In this document: positions 36,150 to 46,913 of the stretch, piece after piece
Position numbering within the stretch: position 1 is the stretch's first letter
Layout: each line of letters starts with the position of its first letter
From: Piromyces finnis finn
Lineage: Eukaryota; Fungi; Neocallimastigomycota
Length of the DNA stretch: 64,000 nucleotides
NCBI GenBank assembly: GCA_002104945.1
Contig: MCFH01000076.1
Location: forward strand, 124,001-188,000
Reading direction: 5' to 3'
Position numbers and translations under genes: made by a program
The notes under the pieces: model-generated
The model's input: the letters and a program-made list of their open reading frames with translations, nothing else
What the model was told of the DNA's origin: nothing
Database searches by the model: none

Positions 36150-37472
36150 ATGGCTGAACAACAAACAGTAAGTTACGATAAAATTGATCCATTGAAGGAT
36201 GAAAAGCCTTTTTATATCAGCGAAGAAAATTATCGAAAAATTCAAAAGAAGGAAGAAAAATTTCCAACTTACCACATTTTACTTTTTGCAATTGTTATTC
36301 CAATTGTAGCATTCCTTATGGGAATGATATATATTGGTGGTATTTGGAATCCAATTGAAAAGATTCCAAGTTTAAAATATATTATTGTAAATCAAGATAA
36401 GGGTTGTTACACTCCAGAATGTGCAAAGATGGGATTAAATGAAAAAACAAATTTAGGTATTTATTATCAACAATTAAATGGTGAAGGTGGTCAATTCTCA
36501 ATAATGACAGGAGATAGAAATACGGCAATCAATATGATTGAAAATCATGATTATTGGGCTGCTATATATGTTCCAGAAAACTTTACTATTAATGTATTAA
36601 TGAATTTAAACACAGTTAACAAGGATAAATTAGTTCCTGTTGAAACAGAATTAATCTTTGATGAAGTTAGAAATTACACTACCATGAAATTCGTTTTAAA
36701 AGCATTTAATATGATGGAAGAAGCTTTCTTTAACTCATTAGTTAAAAAATTTGAAGAAAAGGGTGGATTTAATCCATTATTTATTATTAATGGTATTCAA
36801 TTCAAAGAAACAAATTTACATGCCATTTCTGGTTTTGGTCAAAACTTTTCCTCTTTCATTTTCTTACTTATTACTTGGATTGGTACTATTGCCACTTCAA
36901 TTATTTCCCACTTTTATTTCCCATTTGAAAACCATTGGGTTGAGAAGAAAGATACAAAACATCCTATTCTTAAGGCCATGATAGCAAAAATTGCTTTTTG
37001 TGTTTTAATTAATGTCATAATTGATGTTATCTCATCTGTTATTCCATACTTTTGTGGTGGTACCTTCCAAATCGATCATGGCTACTGGAGATTCCTCGGT
37101 TTCATTTTATTCTTCTCTTTAAGTGGTCTCGGTATTAATAATTTATTAATTCATATTCTTCCATTCATTTTCTATTATCTTGTTGCTGTGACCTTCATGT
37201 TCCTTCAATTACTTTCTTGTGGTGGTCTTGTTGATACTGATGTCCAACCAAGCTTCTTTAAGATTGGTAAAGCATTCCCAATGTATTATGGTGTCAGAGA
37301 AACTAGATATATTTACTGGGGCAGTGGAAAACAATACAGAACTATGAACTTTATTACTATAGGTATTTGGGCTGTTGTTTCTATTGTTGCTTCATTATTC
37401 ATGTATTACCTTGAATTATGCGTTAAAAGAAAAAGATTTTTAAAACGTCAAGAATTATATAGAAAAAATTAA
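36150..37472 (+). CDS. YhgE/Pip-like membrane protein, paralog C; intronless, 440 aa
   Basis: Single ORF with YIGGIWNP..IPSLKYIIVNQDKG, YWAAIYVPENFT, FDEVRNY, GFGQNFSSFI, LQLLSCGG, KIGKAFPMYYGVRE. Confidence 0.85.
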   Translation: MAEQQTVSYDKIDPLKDEKPFYISEENYRKIQKKEEKFPTYHILLFAIVIPIVAFLMGMIYIGGIWNPIEKIPSLKYIIVNQDKGCYTPECAKMGLNEKTNLGIYYQQLNGEGGQFSIMTGDRNTAINMIENHDYWAAIYVPENFTINVLMNLNTVNKDKLVPVETELIFDEVRNYTTMKFVLKAFNMMEEAFFNSLVKKFEEKGGFNPLFIINGIQFKETNLHAISGFGQNFSSFIFLLITWIGTIATSIISHFYFPFENHWVEKKDTKHPILKAMIAKIAFCVLINVIIDVISSVIPYFCGGTFQIDHGYWRFLGFILFFSLSGLGINNLLIHILPFIFYYLVAVTFMFLQLLSCGGLVDTDVQPSFFKIGKAFPMYYGVRETRYIYWGSGKQYRTMNFITIGIWAVVSIVASLFMYYLELCVKRKRFLKRQELYRKN

Positions 37473-38628
37473 AAAAAAAAAAAAATTATCATTAATACAC
37501 TCGCATCTAATTTTATATATAAACACTTTATAATAAGGATACAATAGCATTCAATACATATTTATTTTATAACTTACTCAATAAATTATCTATTATCATA
37601 AAAAAATTAAATAAAAAAATTATCCTTTAATATTTATAATAAATTTAGAATATAGCATTTAATATTACATCCTATAAATATATAAATATCAATGTTAGAA
37701 ATTGAAAACTTCATAAAGTATATAATTACTATTTTATCTTTTTAACTTTTTCTACTAAATAAAATATTGAATTTAATCAATATTTATTAAACTATTTTTT
37801 TATTCATTCAATTTCTATGGCATAGGTATAATAAAAGAATAGTAATATCTAAATTAAAACCTAACACAAAAAATAAAATATATGAAAAAAATAAAATATT
37901 ATTAAAAAAAATACAATTTTTATTTTATTTATTTTCTTTTTTTTTTTTTTTATCTATTTACTACTTCATATTTAATTTCATAATTTAATTAAGCCAACTC
38001 TACGGATAAAAGTTATAATTTTTTCTTTCCAGTACAGCTTATTGGAATTATTCAGATAAATTAAATAGGATAATTCAATCTTTAATTATTTTTTTTTTCT
38101 GTATTTAATAATAAAAAATAATTTATATTTAAATATATTATTATTATACATTATATTAATTAATAAACAGTAAATAATAAATAAGATAAAATATTTTGAT
38201 ATAACATTGAGTTGAAAAAACTAATAATACTATACAATAAAATTTTTATAATAAAATCAATTAACAGAATATAAAAGCATATAATGACTTTTTTTAATAT
38301 TATAATAAAAAAAAAGTCTTTATTTACATTAATAAATTACATTTTATAAATATTACAAAAATAATATTGTAAATTTTCTATTAACATATTTTATCTATTA
38401 ATTTGCTGTAATGTTATTTGTCAAAAAAAATTTTTTTTTTGTATGGGAAATACATACAACTTAATGAAATAATTCTAATTAATTAAGAGTCTTTTTTTCT
38501 TTTTTTCTATTTAAAAAAAAAAATAAAATAAAATAAAATAAAAAAATATTGAATTTTCCAATAATTATTTTAAAAGAAAATAACTTTTTTTTTTTTAATA
38601 GTTATTTTTAAATAACTAATATTTAAAA

Positions 38629-39717
38629 ATGATAGCTATTACATTTATTCTTTTTTTATTTTCAATATTTTCTCTTGGTTTTGCATCATTAAAAGAATGT
38701 CAAAATGAATTAAAAAACTATAGTTCTTGTAACTTTGACTATTTAAAAATTCCATCAGAGCAACTCAATCAATATTGTACATCGTTCAACTCATCAAAAT
38801 GTCAAAAATTTTTTGCTAATCCAAAAGCCTATGTTCCATCATGTTATACCCTACCAGATTCATATCAAATGGTGGATTTGATTCTTTTACCATATAAACA
38901 AGCCCTAATTCAAATGGTTTGTGAAAAGGATGAAAATAATAAAATGTGTAATTATAGCGAAATTTTATTAGGCAAAAAGAGTGTCAATGATGATAAAATT
39001 TTTAAGGATGTAATAAATGCAACATGTAAAAATGACAAATGTAGAAATTCATACATTAATATGTTAAAAGCTCAATATAATCTTGGAAAAGAAGGTAATG
39101 ATACCAAATATAATCTCCCTAAAATTGACCTTACCAGTGTACAAAGTATGATAGCCTACTTATCATCCTCTGAATGTGTAAATAAAAGTGCTACTTCTAC
39201 AACTACCACCAAGAAAACAACAACTACCACTAAAAAGACAACTACCACCACTAACAAGATAACTACCACCACTAAAAAGCCAACCACTACCACTAAGAAG
39301 ACAACCACTACCACTAAAAAGCCAACCACCACCACTAAGAAGACAACCACTACCAAGAAAACAACTACTACCACTAAAAAGCCAACCACCACCACTAAGA
39401 AAACAACCACTACCACCAAAAAAACAACCACTACCACCAAGAAGACAACTACTACCACTAAAAAGCCAACCACTACTACTAAAAAGACAACTGTAAAAAA
39501 AGTTATTACTATTACTAAAGTAGTAATTGTTACTAAAAAGGTAACTAAAAAGACAACTACAACCACCACTAAAAGCACAGCAACTGTTCAAAGATGTGGT
39601 CCTAAATACGGTAAATGTTCAAAGAGTACAGATTGTTGTAGTAGTAAAGGATATTGTGGTACAACAAATGCTTACTGTGGTGCTGGTTGTCAAGTTGGAT
39701 ATGGTTTATGTAACTAA
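38629..39717 (+). CDS. Secreted protein: signal peptide + 10-Cys domain of unknown function + Thr/Lys-rich linker + C-terminal CBM18 (hevein) domain
   Basis: Hydrophobic N-terminus; TTTTKK repeats at about 39195-39575; C-terminus RCGPKYGKC....CCSSKGYCGTTNAYCGAGCQVGYGLCN is an 8-Cys hevein pattern. Confidence 0.88.
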   Translation: MIAITFILFLFSIFSLGFASLKECQNELKNYSSCNFDYLKIPSEQLNQYCTSFNSSKCQKFFANPKAYVPSCYTLPDSYQMVDLILLPYKQALIQMVCEKDENNKMCNYSEILLGKKSVNDDKIFKDVINATCKNDKCRNSYINMLKAQYNLGKEGNDTKYNLPKIDLTSVQSMIAYLSSSECVNKSATSTTTTKKTTTTTKKTTTTTNKITTTTKKPTTTTKKTTTTTKKPTTTTKKTTTTKKTTTTTKKPTTTTKKTTTTTKKTTTTTKKTTTTTKKPTTTTKKTTVKKVITITKVVIVTKKVTKKTTTTTTKSTATVQRCGPKYGKCSKSTDCCSSKGYCGTTNAYCGAGCQVGYGLCN

Positions 39718-40930
39718 AAAATTTCATTGACAAGAAAAAAAACACTGCATCACTCTATGGCTTTCAATCAAGAAAAATTTTTATTATTGTATTCAATAAT
39801 AAAAAAAATATATTTTAATATTATGAAAAAAAATACTTTTTTAAAAAAAAAAAGACACTAATTTAATAATAATTAAAAGTATTTGTATTTAAATCTTTTT
39901 ATTATCACTATTATTATATATTTATATATTATTTAAGATAATTTATAATTTAAGTATTTAATTACTATTTTATCTATTTTACTATAGAAATCCTATTTTT
40001 TTCAATTTATATTATATATATATTTCATTTCTTATTTTTATAAATTTTCAAATATCAAATTGGAATGTATTTATTTTGATTTTAATATAAAATATATATC
40101 TCACAAATTATAATCTATAAAAGACATTTTTATTATTTATCTATTCATTTATTTTACATATTTTAAAAATAAAATAAAAATATACACATTAATTTAAAAT
40201 AAATCTATTAAAAAAAAAAAAGTTTAATAGTAATTGTTTTGTTAAAGTTTTATTCATGTAGAATGGTTTAAGAATAACAAACTTTATTAGATTCTTAATT
40301 TTTTAATAGGATTATATTTCTCTTTTTTTCTTCATTTGTTTTCCTAACTAATTGGTTACTTTTTTAAACAAAAAAAGATCCTTTATTTCTCCAATAATAA
40401 AATATTTATCAATAATAACATTCAAAGAATATATTCATCTAGACTTTTTTTAATATAAATTATTGACCGTTTTTTTTTTTAAATTTTATTATATATAAAT
40501 TTTTATAAATTTTTTTGTAGTAGTAAATTAAATTAATTAAATTAGATTTTTCGCCAACCACTCATCTTTTTTTAACCATTCCACATTTGTTTCATTTTTT
40601 AAATAATAAATATAAAATTTATATAATTAGATTTGATTTATATATTAATTAGGAGGCAAAAAAAAAATAATGGAACCTTTCTAGAACACCTATAAAAATT
40701 TATGGTTTCACCATATATAAAAATTTTAAAAAAAAATTATATATATATAAACAAAAAGAAATATCCTTTTTTTTTTTTTACATATTCTCTAAATATTATT
40801 ATATAAGAAAAAATAATTCTTATATATTAAAAATTAAAAAAAAAAATAATAATAATAAAATAATAAAATTTAATAATAAATAAATAATTATAATAATCAA
40901 TATTGGTTTTATTTTTAATATTAAAATAAA

Positions 40931-42091
40931 ATGAAATTCGTTAAAGCTGTTATTTCTTTAATTGCCGCTTCTTCTGCTTTCGGTATCACTGCTGAAAGAA
41001 AAAGACGTATTCGTAACTATTGTAATGCTGAATTAGCAAATTACCAATCTTGTGATTTCTATACAAATGTATCAACAGAAAGCCAACTTATTCAACAATG
41101 TAATAATTATGACGCTAAAAATTGTGATGCCTTTTTCAATAATCCATATACTTATGCTCCAAATTGTGCCCAAGCTTCAATGTATTACAGTTTTCCATTA
41201 ATCAATGATAATAAATATAAAAAAATTCTTTATAAAATGCTTTGCTCAAAGAATAAGGAAGGAAATACCTGTGAAATTAACAAGTTTTACATTGATGAAG
41301 TTTCTGTTAGTCAATTAGATCAAGTAACTAAAGCCAACTGTAGAACTAAAATCTGTAATGATGTCTACTATGATCTTTTAAGTTATACTCTTTACATTAA
41401 TGAAGCTAAAGGAAATACTCAAGGAAATGAAGTTATTAAAGAAAAAATCAATTATATTACTTCTAATGATTGTCTTTCAAGAGCTTATAATAATGTCAAG
41501 ACTACTACTACTACAAAGGCTAAAACTACTACCACTACTACCACTACTACCACTACTACTACTACTACCACTACTACTCCTGCTACTACCACTACTACTA
41601 CCACTACTACCACTACTACTCCTGCTACTACTACCACTACCACTACTACTCCTTCTACTACTACCACTACAAAAGCTAAAACTACTTCTACCAAGAAAAC
41701 TACCACTACTACTAAAAAGACTACCACTACAAAAGCTAAAACTACTTCTACCAAGAAAACTACCACTACTACTAAAAAGACTACCACTACAAAAGCTAAA
41801 ACTACTTCTACCAAGAAAACTACCACTACTACTAAAAAGACTACCACTACAAAAGCTAAAACTACTTCTACCAAGAAAACTACCACTACTACTAAAAAGA
41901 CTACCAAAAAGACCACTACTTCTTCTAAAAAGACTACTACTATTAAGGTTTCTACTGTTACCAGTAGATGTGGTCCAAGTTATGGTAGATGTGCTAATTC
42001 TAACTTATGTTGTAGTAAATATGGTTATTGTGGAAAAACAAGTGCTTACTGTGATACTGGTTGTCAACCAGCTTATGGTTTATGTAATTAA
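40931..42091 (+). CDS. Paralogous secreted protein: signal peptide + 10-Cys domain + Thr/Lys linker + CBM18
   Basis: Same Cys spacing as 38629-39717; C-terminus RCGPSYGRC....CCSKYGYCGKTSAYCDTGCQPAYGLCN. Confidence 0.9.
   Translation: MKFVKAVISLIAASSAFGITAERKRRIRNYCNAELANYQSCDFYTNVSTESQLIQQCNNYDAKNCDAFFNNPYTYAPNCAQASMYYSFPLINDNKYKKILYKMLCSKNKEGNTCEINKFYIDEVSVSQLDQVTKANCRTKICNDVYYDLLSYTLYINEAKGNTQGNEVIKEKINYITSNDCLSRAYNNVKTTTTTKAKTTTTTTTTTTTTTTTTTTPATTTTTTTTTTTTPATTTTTTTTPSTTTTTKAKTTSTKKTTTTTKKTTTTKAKTTSTKKTTTTTKKTTTTKAKTTSTKKTTTTTKKTTTTKAKTTSTKKTTTTTKKTTKKTTTSSKKTTTIKVSTVTSRCGPSYGRCANSNLCCSKYGYCGKTSAYCDTGCQPAYGLCN
41661..41905 (+). repeat. Intragenic 60-bp perfect tandem repeat (KKTTTTTKKTTTTKAKTTST), about 4 copies
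   Basis: Sequence lines starting at 41701, 41761 and 41821 are identical. Confidence 0.95.
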
Positions 42092-42651
42092 ATCTTTATC
42101 CAAATTTAAATTTTAAAAAACCATTAAAAATATTATTTCACTATTTATCAAAAGTAAAAAATAAAAATAAAAAATTTTAATAATTGCCTTTTTTTTTTTA
42201 GAAATAACATTATAGAAAAATAGATAAAATAGAAATTATTGATTTAAATAAGTAAATCATATATATAAATTATAATGAAAGTAACAAAAAAAACAATAAT
42301 TTAAAAATTAATAATAAAAAGAAAATAAAAATAAAAAAAAATAATAAAAAATAATTTTTTAGTTTAATATTTTCATACTTTTTATTTAAAATCATGGTAT
42401 CCTTTGATATTAAATTTATAAATCTATTGAAATGATGTTTATTTTTGTAAAAGTATTAAGATTATAATGTAAATTTTCATTTTTTTTTTTTTTTTTTTTT
42501 TTATTATTTATGATTATTGACATTGTTATTATTAGTCAATATATAAATGTATTTAACACCAAAACATAAATTTTGATTTTTAATAATATTTAAAGGAATA
42601 TTATACTCTTAATATAATTGTAATTGTGGTATTTTCTCACTCAAAACCAAT

Positions 42652-42652
42652 T

Positions 42653-42707
<55 letters not shown>

Positions 42708-42710
42708 TTT
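42652..42710. repeat. (TTTA)n microsatellite
   Basis: Visible tandem run. Confidence 0.9.
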
Positions 42711-43378
42711 TTTAATATTATATAATAAAAAAATGTATCAAAATTTTTTTAATTTAATAAAAATTTTAAAAATAGTTGAAAGGATTAAGTTTTATTAAAA
42801 TATGGAAATTCTAATTCTCTATTTGTATATAATATTTGGTATTTTTAATAAAAAAAGAAAAAAAAGATTGTATTGTACTCAATTTAAATATCAAATTTAT
42901 ATTTATTAATTATTATAAAAAAATAAAAGTTTCTAGAAGATCTTTTTTTTTTTTATTTACTTATTAAAAAAGATATATGAAATGAATTCTGTAAATATTA
43001 AACCAAGAAAAAAAAATTAATTATTTTATAGTGTTAATTTTATCGTTAAATAACTATTAAAAATTTGTTTGCTTTTGAAATCTATAAAGTCCTCTACAAA
43101 AAAAAAAAAAAAAACGTAATTGCCATACTTTAAAAAGTTTTATAAATTGATCAACCATAATAATTATATCTCTATATAATTTTAATTTACATACATTTTA
43201 TTCAAATAATCAATTCAACTTTTTTTTTTTTTTATTTAATGTAGCATAATACAATAAATATTGTAGGAATACTATTTAAACTAGTTATAATTTATGAATG
43301 TAAATGCATTAATGTTTTTATTAAAGATAAAATATTAGGTAAAAGTAATGTTAATTCTAATTTTAATTCCTTAACAGC

Positions 43379-43410
<32 letters not shown>

Positions 43411-45404
43411 ACAGTAATTCATAGATTACTTGGATATAAATTAAGATAAATGCTTTTATTATTAAAATAATAATTTGCTATTATTATTATTATTATTATT
43501 ATTATTTTTTTTTGAAAGTAAGTCATATTTAAATTATTATTAAAGTTACATTACTAAATATTAATAGTAAACAAGGTAGAAATAAATATAGTTGATACTA
43601 CCAATGAACATCATCCTACCTTTAAAATAATAGTAATAGTAATGATGGGTTATTATTATTTTTCTTTTTTAATTAAACTATAAATTTAATATTATGGAAA
43701 GAGTTGTGTCTACCGATAATTATTCAATTATTCATGATAAAAATAATAAATCTTTATTAATGCAATTATCACTGAATTAACAATACTAAAGCATTCATTT
43801 AGCTTTTTTTGTTTTCTATATTAATTTATAAACACTAAATTTTATTTTTTTTAAATGAAAAAAATTTGATATTCTCATTTTATAAACACCAGCCACAAAA
43901 TAATATTTATTAATGAATAAACTTTATACATAAAACAGTGGAAAAAGTAATAATAATTATTTAATCTATTTTTTATATTAAATTAATCTACACTTTTACT
44001 AATAAGAAGAGAGAGATTCTAATCAAGTACCAATATATTATTGAATTATTACTATATATTAAACATATAAAAAGTTACAACCATTGTATTCTAATGTACT
44101 ATAATGTACATTATCTGTTACTTTATCTATTTAATAGAGTTTTAATTTTTATTTTTTTATAATAAATGTTTTGATTTTTTCAATTGTAATAGGGTAATAT
44201 CACTGTAGCTTTAATAGGGTAGGAATTAAATGAGAGAATATAATAAGATCCCCAAAATAATAATAAAGAATAAAACATCCTACTCTATCAACGAAACAAA
44301 TGTTACAAATAAATTTTTTATTTTTAAATGGTTTCAATCTTAAATTTATGCAAATAGACTTTTATTATTAACAAAAAAGAAAAAAGAAAATAATAGTATA
44401 CATAATTTGCAAAGGTACGTATTTTGTATATATTTTAAAAGGGTAGATAACCTAAAATAAAATGAAATCCTTTTTTTAAATTCTTTTAAATTATACCTGT
44501 AATTGTGCCACATAAAGACATTTCCTAATTTATATAAAATCAAGCCACAATTTCAAAATTCACCTTTTTAAATAATTGTGTTACCGCCGTTAATACTTAA
44601 TTGGAATGCCAATATAAGTTTTAAAATAATTTTGATGGTGATAAAGGTAAAATCCCAGGCACTTAATTTAGGAGAAAAGCAAAAAAAAAAAGTTTTTTTT
44701 TTAAATGAGAATTAAAATTTATTACTAAAAAAGTTAATTTTTTTTTTTGTTTTATATTTTTATTAATTAATATAACTATCATTCAAAGTAAAAGAAAATA
44801 ATCTATTTACATAAAGTATGAAAAGGATCTATAGACTATATAAATTAATTTTATATATATATCTAAAGAAAAGATTTTAAATACTATCAAATTTCAACAT
44901 TTTTATCCTACTACTTTACCCATCTTTCATAGAAAATTCAAAGTTTTTATTTTTTGTTGTTTTTATAATTATAAAATAAATAATAATTAAAATTTAAAAA
45001 TTTAATTTATTTTTTTTATTTTAATATAAAATAAAATTTATTATAAAATTTTAATACTAAAAAGGTAGAGTTCAATTTGTGTAACATATATAAAATTTCT
45101 TAAATGTTTCATATACAAAAAAAAAAAAAAAAAGATCAACCAAGAAAATGAATAAAGTAAAATTTAATTATTTTTTTTTATATAAAATAAAGAAAATCTT
45201 CCTTTAATTTAAATAAATTACTAATTTATAAAAAAAAATTTATAAGTTTTGATAGATAAACAATTATAGTATAATTGTTTAAAGGAAATAATTAATACTT
45301 ATAAGTAAAAAAAAAAAAAATAAAATATAAAATAATAAATATAAATAGAAAATTAAATTAAGAAAAAATTATATAAAATAAAATAGAATAAAAAATAAAA
45401 TAAA

Positions 45405-46913
45405 ATGAGATTAAATAAAATTATTTTAGCTGTTGTATTAGCTTTTGCTATCGAAGCTGAAGCTGCTACTAAAACACTCCCAACTAGCAGCAGTGCTAAG
45501 ACACTTCCATCCTCTGCTGTTAGTAATGCTAAGACTATTCCATCATCTGTTCTTAGTAATGTAAAGACTATTCCAACCACTACTTCCAAGGCCAAGACTC
45601 TTCCAACCACTACTGCCAGTGGTAAGACTCTTCCAACCACTACTTCTAAGGGCAAGACCCTCCCAACTACTACTACTAACAAGGCCAAGACCCTCCCAAC
45701 CACTACTGCCAGTGGTAAGACTCTTCCAACCACTACTTCTAAGGGTAAGACTCTCCCAACCACTACTGCCAGTGGTAAGACTCTTCCAACTACTACTTCT
45801 AAGGGTAAGACTCTCCCAACCACTACTGCCAGCGGTAAGACTCTTCCAACCACTACCTCTAAGGGCAAGACCCTCCCAACCACTACTGCCAGTGGTAAGA
45901 CTCTTCCAACCACTACTTCTAAGGGTAAGACTCTCCCAACCACTACTGCCAGTGGTAAGACTCTTCCAACCACTACTTCTAAGGGCAAGACCCTCCCAAC
46001 TACTACTACTAACAAGGCCAAGACCCTCCCAACCACTACTGCCAGTGGTAAGACTCTTCCAACTACTACTTCTAAGGGTAAGACTCTCCCAACTACTACT
46101 TCTAAGGGTAAGACTCTCCCAACCACTACTGCCAGTGGTAAGACTCTTCCAACTACTACTTCTAAGGGTAAGACTCTCCCAACTACTACTGCCAGTGGTA
46201 AGACTCTTCCAACTACTACTTCTAAGGGTAGTAAGACTCTTCCAACCACTACTTCTAAGGGTAGTAAGACTCTTCCAACCACTACTGCCAGTGGTAAGAC
46301 TCTTCCAACCACTACTTCTAAGGGTAAGACTCTCCCAACCACTACTGCCAGTGGTAAGACTCTTCCAACCACTACTTCTAAGGGTAAGACTCTCCCAACC
46401 ACTACTGCCAGTGGTAAGACTCTTCCAACTACTACTTCTAAGGGTAGTAAGACTCTTCCAACCACTACTGCCAGTGGTAAGACTCTCCCAACTACTACTG
46501 CCAGTGGTAAGACTCTTCCAACCACTACTTCCAAGGGTAGTAAGACTCTCCCAACCACTACTTCTAAGGCCAAGACTATCCCAACTACTACTTCTAAGGC
46601 CAAGACTATCCCAACTACTACTTCTAAGGCCAAGACTATCCCAACTACTACCTCTAAGGCCAAGACTATCCCAACTACTACCAGAACTACTACCAAGACT
46701 ATCGTTAGAACTACTACTACTCAACACACTCAACCAACCAATGACAATCAAGATTACTACTCTTGTGGTAAGGATGACTGGAGTTGCAAGCAACAAAAGT
46801 CTGATGCTTGTTACGCTGAATTAAACAGATGCTGGAGCAAGCCATGGAGTGAATCATTACTTAATGAATGTCTTTCTATTAATGAAAAGTGTTCAAAGAT
46901 TTGGGTTTACTAA
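45405..46913 (+). CDS. Secreted mucin/adhesin-like protein: signal peptide + about 40 KT(L/I)PTTT(ASG/SKG/SKA) repeats + C-terminal 6-Cys domain
   Basis: MRLNKIILAVVLAFAIEAEAA signal; 30-33-bp repeat array; C-terminus CGKDDWSCKQQKSDACYAELNRCWSKPWSESLLNECLSINEKCSKIWVY; no hydrophobic GPI tail. Confidence 0.85.
   Translation: MRLNKIILAVVLAFAIEAEAATKTLPTSSSAKTLPSSAVSNAKTIPSSVLSNVKTIPTTTSKAKTLPTTTASGKTLPTTTSKGKTLPTTTTNKAKTLPTTTASGKTLPTTTSKGKTLPTTTASGKTLPTTTSKGKTLPTTTASGKTLPTTTSKGKTLPTTTASGKTLPTTTSKGKTLPTTTASGKTLPTTTSKGKTLPTTTTNKAKTLPTTTASGKTLPTTTSKGKTLPTTTSKGKTLPTTTASGKTLPTTTSKGKTLPTTTASGKTLPTTTSKGSKTLPTTTSKGSKTLPTTTASGKTLPTTTSKGKTLPTTTASGKTLPTTTSKGKTLPTTTASGKTLPTTTSKGSKTLPTTTASGKTLPTTTASGKTLPTTTSKGSKTLPTTTSKAKTIPTTTSKAKTIPTTTSKAKTIPTTTSKAKTIPTTTRTTTKTIVRTTTTQHTQPTNDNQDYYSCGKDDWSCKQQKSDACYAELNRCWSKPWSESLLNECLSINEKCSKIWVY
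45470..46690 (+). repeat. Intragenic minisatellite of 30/33-bp units with an alternating 60-bp dimer
   Basis: aagactct(t/c)ccaac(c/t)actact(gccagtggt|tctaagggt) repeated; the TTTTNKA variant recurs 333 bp apart (45661 and 45994). Confidence 0.95.

Noticed and set aside
43560-44700. Slightly GC-richer patches and a recurrent TGTGGCT motif (also at about 53080-53810); possible TE relics
   Set aside because: No TSD, terminal repeat, poly(A) or coding similarity could be established.
39156-46824. Val-, Ser/Gly- and Leu-rich overlapping ORFs (39156-39578, 39163-39591, 41400-42116, 41485-41916, 45353-46696, 45543-46796, 45619-46824)
   Set aside because: Shadow frames of Thr/Lys tandem repeats that lack stop codons; the signal peptide and Cys domains identify the real frame.
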